Virus record (IMG/VR): IMGVR_UViG_3300043446_003177
Location: 96,001 to 160,000 of that record
Strand: one strand, 5' to 3'
From: a virus
DNA length: 64,000 bases
Shown here: in pieces, positions 39,368-47,414 of the stretch
Numbering within the stretch: position 1 is the first letter of the stretch
How the letters are laid out: every line of letters starts with the position of its first letter
The notes under the pieces: generated by a model
What the model was told of the DNA's origin: nothing
Databases searched by the model: none
Seen by the model: the letters and a program-made list of their open reading frames with translations, nothing else
Made by a program: the position numbers and the translations under genes

Positions 39368-39801
39368 ATTTAGATCTTGATACTATACAAAGAATGTGGG
39401 AAGAAGATGCAAAAATTGATCCAGATAACTTACATACTGAATCTCTAAACATTCCCATGTTACATGCAAAATATTTTAATTTATACAACACAATTTTTCT
39501 TTTAAGAAAAAAAGCAGAACAACAAAGAAAAAATATTCGTCATGAGAGATATGAATACTTTACTGGAAAAGCAGATCCAGAAGTTTATGTAGAAAATCCC
39601 TTTCCCAAAAAAATCAGAGATAAAGAAACACTTCAAAAGTATTTGGATGCGGATGAAAAACTATCTCAGATTTGTTTAAAAATTGACTACTACGAAACTA
39701 TCCTAAATTATATTGAGAGTATTCTTAAAGTAATTCAAAACAGAACTTATCAAATTAAGAATGCTATTGAATTTATAAGATTCCAGGCAGGATATGGTTG
39801 A
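39364..39801 (+). CDS. uvsY: Recombination mediator UvsY
   Basis: ESLNIPMLHAKY, YEYFTGKA, RTYQIKNAIEFIRFQAG. Confidence 0.92.
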   Translation: MNLDLDTIQRMWEEDAKIDPDNLHTESLNIPMLHAKYFNLYNTIFLLRKKAEQQRKNIRHERYEYFTGKADPEVYVENPFPKKIRDKETLQKYLDADEKLSQICLKIDYYETILNYIESILKVIQNRTYQIKNAIEFIRFQAGYG

Positions 39802-41266
39802 TACATCTAATCTAACTATTAGCAAGTCTAACGAAGTTTTTTTAAAAATAAAAACAGAACCTCATATCGAATATGAACTAAAGGATTATTTTAAATTTGA
39901 GGTTCCCAATGCAAAGTTCATGCCCCAATATAGGGGCAGAAATTGGAATGGAGAAATTCATTTATTTGACTTAAGATCAAAACAAATATATGTTGGTCTT
40001 CTAGATAAGTTAATATCTTTCTGTAAAAATTATAATTATACTTATTCTTTTGAAGAAAATAAGTTCTATGGTTTGCCCTTTGAAATTAATGAGGGCATAT
40101 CATATGAAGGTGTTAAAGATTACATGAATTCTATTTGCTCTCATACTCCTCGTTCGTATCAGGTAGACGGAGTATACGATGCTCTAAAACATAATAGAAA
40201 GCTATTGATATCACCAACTGCCTCGGGAAAATCTCTGATGATTTATTCCTTAGTAAGGTACTATGTAGATAAAGGACAAAAAATTCTTTTAGTTGTTCCA
40301 ACGACATCTCTTGTAGAGCAGATGTATAAGGATTTTCAGGATTATGGTTGGAATGCTGACTCATATTGCCATCGGATTTATTCCGGAAGAGAAAGGACAA
40401 ACGAATATCAAGTTACAATCACAACTTGGCAGTCAGTTTACAAATTAGAAAGATCTTTCTTTGAAGACTATAATGTAGTTATAGGAGATGAAGCTCATTT
40501 ATTCAAAAGTAAGTCACTAATCGAAATAATGACTAAACTTCATCATGCAAAATATAGATTTGGATTTACAGGAACTCTGGATGGAACACAAACTCACAAA
40601 TGGGTTTTGGAAGGATTATTTGGTCCTTCATATAAAGTAACAAGAACAGCAGAGTTGATGGAACAGGGACATGTTTCCAAATTAGACATAAAGTGTATTG
40701 TTCTTAAACATCCAGCTAATAAATTTTTTACCTTTGAAGATGAGATTCAATATCTTATTACTCATGAAAGAAGAAATAATTTTATAAAAAATTTATCTAT
40801 AGATTTAAAAGGAAATACTTTAGTTCTTTTTTCTAGAGTGGAAACTCATGGATTACCTTTATTTGAACTAATAAATAAAAATACACATCAAGATAGAAAA
40901 GTATTTTTCGTTCATGGTGGTGTTGATGCAGTTGAACGTGAGAAAATTAGAGAAATTACAGAGAATGAATCTAATGCAATTATAATAGCATCTTATGGTG
41001 TATTTTCTACAGGTGTGAATATTAAAAATCTGCACAATGTAATATTTGCATCACCAAGTAAATCTAGAATAAGAAATTTACAAAGTATAGGAAGAGTTCT
41101 AAGAAAAAGTAAATTTAAAAATAAAGCAATGTTGTATGATATTGCAGATGATTGTACCCAAAACTCCAGAAAAAATTATACACTCAACCATTTAATTGAA
41201 AGAATAAAAATATACAACGAAGAAAATTTCAACTATGAAATAGTAACTGTAAATTTAAAGCAATGA
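39794..41266 (+). CDS. uvsW: SF2 helicase UvsW
   Basis: SPTASGKS, DEAH, GFTGT, QSIGRVLR. Confidence 0.96.
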   Translation: MVDTSNLTISKSNEVFLKIKTEPHIEYELKDYFKFEVPNAKFMPQYRGRNWNGEIHLFDLRSKQIYVGLLDKLISFCKNYNYTYSFEENKFYGLPFEINEGISYEGVKDYMNSICSHTPRSYQVDGVYDALKHNRKLLISPTASGKSLMIYSLVRYYVDKGQKILLVVPTTSLVEQMYKDFQDYGWNADSYCHRIYSGRERTNEYQVTITTWQSVYKLERSFFEDYNVVIGDEAHLFKSKSLIEIMTKLHHAKYRFGFTGTLDGTQTHKWVLEGLFGPSYKVTRTAELMEQGHVSKLDIKCIVLKHPANKFFTFEDEIQYLITHERRNNFIKNLSIDLKGNTLVLFSRVETHGLPLFELINKNTHQDRKVFFVHGGVDAVEREKIREITENESNAIIIASYGVFSTGVNIKNLHNVIFASPSKSRIRNLQSIGRVLRKSKFKNKAMLYDIADDCTQNSRKNYTLNHLIERIKIYNEENFNYEIVTVNLKQ

Positions 41267-41661
41267 TAGAAGACGATTTTTATGCAACATTAAAGTTAAA
41301 ATCCGGAGAAGAAATATTCGCAAAGGTTTCTCCTTGTGAAGAAGAAGATAGAATGTTATTGCTTGTTAACAACCCAATAGTAATTACTGAAATCAAAGGT
41401 AAAAACGGAGTTATCGGGTATAAAATAGAACCATGGTTGAAAACAACATCAGAAGATCTTTTCATTGTTGATATTGACAACATAATCACAATGTCTGAAT
41501 CTTTTGATGTTGAAATGATCCAAATGTATCAATCCTATGTAAGACAGGCAGGATTCTCAAAAGGGAATTATCAAAACACAAAATTGAATCGAAAGATGGG
41601 ATATATTGCTAACGTCAATGATGCTAAAGAGATCTTAGAGAAGCTTTATAAAAAAAGCTAA
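41263..41661 (+). CDS. Conserved hypothetical protein, possible Sm-like fold
   Basis: LKLKSGEEIFAKV...NNP...IEPWLK...FIVDIDNIITM; similar to the 57151 and 57470 ORFs. Confidence 0.65.
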   Translation: MIEDDFYATLKLKSGEEIFAKVSPCEEEDRMLLLVNNPIVITEIKGKNGVIGYKIEPWLKTTSEDLFIVDIDNIITMSESFDVEMIQMYQSYVRQAGFSKGNYQNTKLNRKMGYIANVNDAKEILEKLYKKS

Positions 41662-41690
41662 TATTATTGTTTTCAACCTCCACAAAGGTT

Positions 41691-41719
41691 ATTATACACA
41701 TCATCCGGACACTTGTCAA
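41691..41719 (-). promoter_or_regulatory. Perfect sigma70-type promoter on the minus strand (antisense)
   Basis: Minus strand reads TTGACA-agtgtccggatgatgtg(17)-TATAAT. Confidence 0.75.
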
Positions 41720-41741
41720 GCATTAAGAAAAGTGTTATCAT
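41713..41741 (+). promoter_or_regulatory. Sigma70-type promoter for the gp55 operon
   Basis: TTGTCA-N17-TATCAT with TGn extended -10. Confidence 0.65.
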
Positions 41742-41767
41742 GTACTGATAATATATAATAATATTAA

Positions 41768-42265
41768 ATGATAACCACAGCAATAATGACCAAAAGAAAA
41801 AGGTCAATTCACTATGTAAACAACAAAGAGTTTTTAGCAGCTTTGATTCAGTACAGAGAATCTGTTAAGATTGCTCAGACTAAAGATCAACCAAAACCAA
41901 AAATTCCTAATTACATTGGTGAATGTTTCTTAAAGATCGCAACTCATTTATCATTCAAACCTAATTTTGTAAATTACATCTTTAAAGATGATATGATTTC
42001 TGATGGGATTGAAAATTGTATTCAGTATATTCATAATTTTGATCCCGAGAAATCTCAAAATCCTTTTGCTTATTTTACTCAGATTATTCACTACGCATTT
42101 CTGAGACGTATTCAAAAAGAAAAGAAGCAACTGGAAATTAAGAATAAGATTCTTGAAAGAACTGGTTTTGATGAGGTATTTGTTGATAACAACCTCATTG
42201 ACGGATCAAACTATAGCGACTATAATAGCATTAAGGATAATGTTCACGCTAAACTTCGCTATTGA
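41768..42265 (+). CDS. gp55: Late sigma factor gp55
   Basis: HYVNNKEFL, YIGECFLKIA, DMISDGIENC, NPFAYFTQIIHYAFLRRIQKEK. Confidence 0.97.
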   Translation: MITTAIMTKRKRSIHYVNNKEFLAALIQYRESVKIAQTKDQPKPKIPNYIGECFLKIATHLSFKPNFVNYIFKDDMISDGIENCIQYIHNFDPEKSQNPFAYFTQIIHYAFLRRIQKEKKQLEIKNKILERTGFDEVFVDNNLIDGSNYSDYNSIKDNVHAKLRY

Positions 42266-43306
42266 ATGAAAGTCGCTATCATTTCAGACACCCATTACGG
42301 GGCAAGAAAAAATTCTAAACTTTTTCATGATTATTTTAAGAAGTTTTACCATAACGTTTTTTTCCCTTCTTTAGATGAGGAAGGAATTAAAACTGTTATT
42401 CATATGGGTGATGCTTTTGATAGTAGAAAAGGAATTGATTTTTCTGCTCTAGCTTGGGCTAAAAATAATATTTTTGATCCTCTTAAAGAAAGGGGAATCA
42501 AACTATATTTGATTGTAGGAAATCACGATTCATATTATAAAAATACAAACGAAGTAAATGCTGTGGATCTTCTTCTTCGTGAGTATGATAATGTGGAAGT
42601 GATTTGGGAACCATCTGAAGTGGTAATCGACAAATTAAAGTGCTTGTTTATTCCTTGGATTAATCAGGAGAATGAAAAAAAGACGTTCCAATTAATCGAA
42701 AATACCAAGTCATCTGTTGCAATGGGTCATTTGGAATTGAATGGATTTAATTCTCACCGTGGTCATGTGATGGATCATGGTATGGAAACAAAAAGTTTTA
42801 ACAAGTTTGAAAAAGTTTTTTCTGGGCATTACCACACAAGATCTAATGATGGAAAAATTTTCTATTTGGGTAACCCTTATGAGATTTATTGGAATGATGT
42901 GAATGATGCTCGTGGGTTTACTATTTTTGATACTGAAACTCTAGAGCATTTTCCAATTAATAATCCATTCAGGATGTTTTATAACATTTATTATGAAGAT
43001 ACAAATCCCCAACTTTTTGATGCTAGAGAGTATGAGGAAAAAATAGTAAAAGTTATTGTTAGAAAAAAATCAGATACTAAGCAATTTGAAAAATTTATTG
43101 ATAAGTTGTACGCAGCAAATGTTGCAGAATTAAAAATTGTCGAGAATTTTCAAATTATTGATAATGATGATTTTGAAGGATTTGAATCCGAAGACACTAT
43201 TTCAATCCTCAATAGATATATTGAAGAATCTGAAGTTAATTTGGATAAATCTATGATTCAAAATATCATATCAGAAATTTATAAAGAAGCTTGTGAGATG
43301 GTATAA
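42266..43306 (+). CDS. gp47: Recombination endonuclease subunit gp47 (Mre11/SbcD-like)
   Basis: DTHYG, GDAFD, GNHD, GHLE, SGHYH metallophosphoesterase motifs. Confidence 0.96.
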   Translation: MKVAIISDTHYGARKNSKLFHDYFKKFYHNVFFPSLDEEGIKTVIHMGDAFDSRKGIDFSALAWAKNNIFDPLKERGIKLYLIVGNHDSYYKNTNEVNAVDLLLREYDNVEVIWEPSEVVIDKLKCLFIPWINQENEKKTFQLIENTKSSVAMGHLELNGFNSHRGHVMDHGMETKSFNKFEKVFSGHYHTRSNDGKIFYLGNPYEIYWNDVNDARGFTIFDTETLEHFPINNPFRMFYNIYYEDTNPQLFDAREYEEKIVKVIVRKKSDTKQFEKFIDKLYAANVAELKIVENFQIIDNDDFEGFESEDTISILNRYIEESEVNLDKSMIQNIISEIYKEACEMV

Positions 43307-43307
43307 A

Positions 43308-43580
43308 ATGTATATTCTTACAATCGATGGAAAAGAGGAGAAGGGGGCATATTCAGTAGAAAATGAAGAAGGGGAGCAAATCATCTATCTTTTTGAAGAG
43401 GAAGATGATGCAACAAGATATGCTATGATGTTAGAAGAAAAAGAATACCCTCCAATGAATGTTTTAGAAGTGGACGATGAATTGTTGATCAAAGCATGTG
43501 AAGTTCATAATTATCAGTACACCATAATTACCGAAAACGATATTGTAATTCCACCAGACACAAATGATTTTATTTCGTAA
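43308..43580 (+). CDS. DUF3110-like protein
   Basis: LFEEEDDATRYAMMLE resembles the cyanobacterial DUF3110 motif (recalled); ATG 43308 follows the gp47 stop. Confidence 0.65.
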   Translation: MYILTIDGKEEKGAYSVENEEGEQIIYLFEEEDDATRYAMMLEEKEYPPMNVLEVDDELLIKACEVHNYQYTIITENDIVIPPDTNDFIS

Positions 43581-45273
43581 TATTCGTTGGAAAAATTTTC
43601 TTTCAACTGGAAACCATTTTAGTGAAATTGAATTCACAAATAAAACAACTAATTTGATTATTGGTACAAATGGTGCAGGTAAAAGCACCGTTCTGGATGC
43701 CTTAACTTTTTCGTTGTTTGGAAAACCTTTTCGTAAAATTAATAAACCACAACTTATTAATTCTGCAAATGAAAAGGACTGTGTTGTTGAAGTAGAATTT
43801 TCTATAGGTAATACTGAGTGGAAAGTGGTTCGTGGTATTAAACCAGCTATTTTTGAAATATACCGAAATGGATCTGTTTTAGATCAGTCTTCTGCTGCAT
43901 TGGATCAGCAGAAATGGTTAGAGCAAAATGTTCTAAAGATGAATTACAAATCTTTTACTCAGATTGTAATTTTGGGATCAAGTGCATTTGTTCCATTTAT
44001 GCAACTCCCAGCAGCGCATAGAAGAGAAGTTATTGAAGATCTTTTGGATATTAAGATTTTTTCTTCTATGAATAATTTAATTAAAGAAAAAATAAGATCC
44101 GTTAAAGAACAACTTAGAACTTTAGATCTCAAGAAACAATCCATATTGGAAAAAGTTGAGATGCAAGAGAACTTCATTGAAGAGCTTGAAAATCGTGGAA
44201 AGGAGAATATTAATAATAATAATCGGAAAATTTCCGATTTAACTAAGGAAATTGATCAATATACTGAAGAGAATTCTTCTTTGGAAGAACCTCTTCGGGG
44301 GTATATTCGGGAACAGGATCAAATAATTGGCTTTGCAGAAAAACTTAAAAAACTTGGAAATCTTAAAGGTAAAATCTCTCAGAAAGTATCAACAATAACT
44401 AATGAGCATAAGTTCTTTACTGAGAATACGGTTTGCCCTACATGCACTCAACCAATCGAAGAGGACTTTAGAATAAATAAAATTGCAGACGCTCAAAATA
44501 AGGCAAAAGAGTTGCAATCTGGTTATAAAGAACTGGAGGAGGCAATTAAAGAGGAAGAGGAGCGAGAGCGTCAATTTAATACTCTATCGAAGGAGATTTC
44601 AAAATTAACTAATGGCATTTCTCAAAACAATATTAAGATTAATGGATTACGAAGACAAATCCGAAATCTTGAATCGGAAATTCAAGTTCTTACCGAGAAC
44701 CTTGCAAACAGAAATTCTGAACATGAGAAGTTAGAATCCTTCAAAGACAATTTAAAAACTACATACGACGAGCTCGCTTCTAAAAAAGACTTAATCAACT
44801 ATTACGATTTCACGTACAGTTTGTTGAAAGACGGTGGAGTTAAATCCAAAATTATCAAGAAGTATTTGCCTCTAATCAATCAGCAAGTCAATCGTTACTT
44901 GCAAATGATGGACTTTTATATTAATTTTACTCTTGATGAAGAATTTAACGAAACCGTTCAGTCTCCAATTCATGAAGATTTTTCCTATGCTTCTTTTAGT
45001 GAAGGGGAAAAAATGAGAATTGATTTGGCTCTTCTTTTTACATGGAGAGAAGTTGCTAAGTTCAAAAACTCAGTAAATACAAATCTCCTTATTATGGATG
45101 AGGTATTTGATTCATCTCTTGATGGATTTGGTACAGATGATTTTCTGAAAATCATTAGATACGTGATTAAAGACGCAAATATTTTTGTTATTTCTCACAA
45201 AGAATCTCTGCATGATAAGTTTGATAATGTAATTAAATTTGATAAAATTAAAGGATTTAGTAGAATTGTATGA
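43564..45273 (+). CDS. gp46: Recombination ATPase subunit gp46 (Rad50/SbcC-like)
   Basis: GTNGAGKST, zinc hook CPTC, signature FSEGE, Walker B LIMDEVFDSSLD. Confidence 0.97.
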   Translation: MILFRNIRWKNFLSTGNHFSEIEFTNKTTNLIIGTNGAGKSTVLDALTFSLFGKPFRKINKPQLINSANEKDCVVEVEFSIGNTEWKVVRGIKPAIFEIYRNGSVLDQSSAALDQQKWLEQNVLKMNYKSFTQIVILGSSAFVPFMQLPAAHRREVIEDLLDIKIFSSMNNLIKEKIRSVKEQLRTLDLKKQSILEKVEMQENFIEELENRGKENINNNNRKISDLTKEIDQYTEENSSLEEPLRGYIREQDQIIGFAEKLKKLGNLKGKISQKVSTITNEHKFFTENTVCPTCTQPIEEDFRINKIADAQNKAKELQSGYKELEEAIKEEEERERQFNTLSKEISKLTNGISQNNIKINGLRRQIRNLESEIQVLTENLANRNSEHEKLESFKDNLKTTYDELASKKDLINYYDFTYSLLKDGGVKSKIIKKYLPLINQQVNRYLQMMDFYINFTLDEEFNETVQSPIHEDFSYASFSEGEKMRIDLALLFTWREVAKFKNSVNTNLLIMDEVFDSSLDGFGTDDFLKIIRYVIKDANIFVISHKESLHDKFDNVIKFDKIKGFSRIV

Positions 45274-46013
45274 AAGTCTTAATTACTGGACATAAAGGTT
45301 TTATTGGAAAACATGTTTTTAATGATTGGGTAGAGACTCATAACAACTTAGTTGTTGGTATGGATTTACCTTATGATATTGGTGATTTTTCTGGAGGTGA
45401 TTTTAATCTTGTAATTCATCTTGCTGCTTTTGCTGATATTAGAGACAGTCAAGAGAATCCAGAAAAGTATTATGAAAACAATGTTCTCAAAACTAAAAGG
45501 ATATTTGATTGGTGTAGAGAAACAAATACACGCCTTTTGTATGCCTCTTCAAGCACTGTAGAAGAGGATTATTGGACTAATCCATATGCAATGACTAAAT
45601 GGATTAATGAGGTAATGGCCCCACCAAACTCTGTTGGTATGAGATTTACCACAGTCTACGGTCCTGGTGGTCGCGGTAATATGATGTATGACTTACTTAG
45701 AGATAAGAAAGCAACTTATGTGACCAATCACAAAAGAGACTGGATTCACGTTAAAGATGTTTGTCGCGCTATTCGGTATCTTGCCTCAAGTGATATAACT
45801 GGACCAGTTCCAGTTGGTACGGGAAAATCAATAAAAGTTTCTGATTTAGCAAAAGCATTTGGTCAGGGTCACTTGCCAGTTAAGGAACTGACACCTGGAG
45901 AAAGACAGGACAATGCAGCAGATGTTAAAATACTAACTAGTATTGGGTGGTTTCCCACCATCAACATTCTGGACACGATCAATGACCACTCCAAACTGGC
46001 AACATCACAGTAA
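45270..46013 (+). CDS. NAD-dependent nucleotide-sugar epimerase/dehydratase (SDR)
   Basis: LITGHKGFIG, VIHLAA, YASSS, YAMTK, RFTTVYGP, RDWIHVKD. Confidence 0.9.
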   Translation: MKVLITGHKGFIGKHVFNDWVETHNNLVVGMDLPYDIGDFSGGDFNLVIHLAAFADIRDSQENPEKYYENNVLKTKRIFDWCRETNTRLLYASSSTVEEDYWTNPYAMTKWINEVMAPPNSVGMRFTTVYGPGGRGNMMYDLLRDKKATYVTNHKRDWIHVKDVCRAIRYLASSDITGPVPVGTGKSIKVSDLAKAFGQGHLPVKELTPGERQDNAADVKILTSIGWFPTINILDTINDHSKLATSQ

Positions 46014-46128
46014 AAAGGAACAGAAGCGGAAACTGAAACCGCAAGCACTTCGACAAGCAAAGGCACGTCGCCAAGCACTCAAGAAGCGTCTCAACTCTAG
46101 AGACGCTTCTTTTTTTATAAATAACTAA
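45982..46128 (+). CDS. Small basic conserved cyanophage protein (48 aa)
   Basis: MTTPNWQHHSKKEQKRKLKPQALRQAKARRQALKKRL...; ATG at 45982. Confidence 0.65.
   Translation: MTTPNWQHHSKKEQKRKLKPQALRQAKARRQALKKRLNSRDASFFINN
46081..46116 (+). terminator. Rho-independent terminator, inside the 3' end of the small ORF
   Basis: AAGAAGCGTCTC-AACTCTA-GAGACGCTTCTT plus T-run. Confidence 0.85.
46116..46123 (+). promoter_or_regulatory. Late promoter TATAAATA
   Basis: Exact consensus 20 nt before ATG 46144. Confidence 0.8.
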
Positions 46129-46143
46129 AAAGTGTTTATAAAA

Positions 46144-47337
46144 ATGGATTCAAAAGAACTTCGCAATTTATACGAAGCGTATAATCAAGTTTATCAGATT
46201 GATGAAATTTCTGCTGATCTTGCATTGAAGGCAAGTAAGGAGGCAGATATTAAAAGAGGTAAACTTGCTCATGCTGGTGATAAAGCAGGTGCTGCTGCTA
46301 AAGCAGCACAAGCCTCGCGTCTTTATAAAGCGCAAGCAGCAAAGAGACTGAATAGAGAAGAGTTTGAACTTTGGGTAAATTCTCTTGTAGAAGAAGGTTA
46401 TGACCTTTCTGACTACACTTGGGATGAAATGTATGAGTTTTATCTTGGTGAAGCAATCACTAGCGAAAAGGGTAAAGCAAAAGCAGCAGAAATGATTGCT
46501 AAGCGCACTACTGCTTCTGGTAGAGCAAAACCAGGACAAGGTGATAATGTTGCTACAATCAAGCACATTAGTCGTTCTAATAGAGACGGACTTCTGGGAA
46601 CTCCCCCTAATCGTAAAGTAGCAGGTTCCAATTGGCCAAAATCATATACTGGAATTGGGGGAACTGGAAACAAAGCAGCAAGAAGAGCAGCAGCACTCAA
46701 GAAAGAAGAAGTTGATATCTTTGATATTGTTCTTGAGTTCCTCCAAGTAGAAGGATATGCAGAAACTCTTGAAGAAGCAGAGTGGATAATGGCAAATCTA
46801 ATTGATGATGAAGCGATTGAAATTATCCTTGGCGAATCTGCACTTGGAACTATGGCTGTTCTGGGTGGTATGGCGGCAGGTCGTGCTATTCATGGCAAAC
46901 TGCAAGATAGAAAAGCAAAAAAAGAATATGAAGCAAAGAAAAGAACTAGTGATTATTTGATCATGAAAGACAGAACTAAAGATGCTGTTGCTAGAGATAG
47001 ATCTTCTAGTGGTGATACGAGGAAAGAAGAATTTGAAGCATGGTTTGATGCAATTCTTGAAGCACGTAGAGCTGATAAAGAAGGTTATGAAAGAGGTAGT
47101 GCAGCAAACCCTAAGAGAAAAGATATTCCTCATGGAGATCCTTCTCAAAGATCAATGCTGCACTCCAAACTGAAGAGACGTGCTGATGAAATGGGAAGAG
47201 AAAGAAGAAGTTCTTCTGCATATAAAGCAGGCAGCCGTCCTCCTGTTTCTAAAAAAGAAAAGGCATTTTTGCAAGCAGCAGATAGAACTAGACAAAGTAT
47301 TAGAAATCCAAATGTTCCCAACACTGGAAAGCACTGA
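46144..47337 (+). CDS. Late polyprotein with alternating acidic spacers and basic peptides (putative gp21-processed head cargo)
   Basis: Spacers end in IDE, LGE, LGE, ILE; intervening K/R/A-rich segments; own late promoter. Confidence 0.65.
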   Translation: MDSKELRNLYEAYNQVYQIDEISADLALKASKEADIKRGKLAHAGDKAGAAAKAAQASRLYKAQAAKRLNREEFELWVNSLVEEGYDLSDYTWDEMYEFYLGEAITSEKGKAKAAEMIAKRTTASGRAKPGQGDNVATIKHISRSNRDGLLGTPPNRKVAGSNWPKSYTGIGGTGNKAARRAAALKKEEVDIFDIVLEFLQVEGYAETLEEAEWIMANLIDDEAIEIILGESALGTMAVLGGMAAGRAIHGKLQDRKAKKEYEAKKRTSDYLIMKDRTKDAVARDRSSSGDTRKEEFEAWFDAILEARRADKEGYERGSAANPKRKDIPHGDPSQRSMLHSKLKRRADEMGRERRSSSAYKAGSRPPVSKKEKAFLQAADRTRQSIRNPNVPNTGKH

Positions 47338-47338
47338 G

Positions 47339-47393
47339 ACCACTTTTTAAACTGTCCACATGGAGGTCTTTTGACCTCCTTTTTTTGTATAAT
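47339..47393 (+). promoter_or_regulatory. Early-type promoter with upstream dyad motif and TATAAT
   Basis: CCACTT-N4-AACTGTCCA then TATAAT at 47388-47393; same layout at 50890-50944. Confidence 0.65.
47362..47386 (+). terminator. Rho-independent terminator
   Basis: GGAGGTC-TTTT-GACCTCC plus T7. Confidence 0.85.
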
Positions 47394-47414
47394 GATTTCA
47401 TACGCATCAGACCT

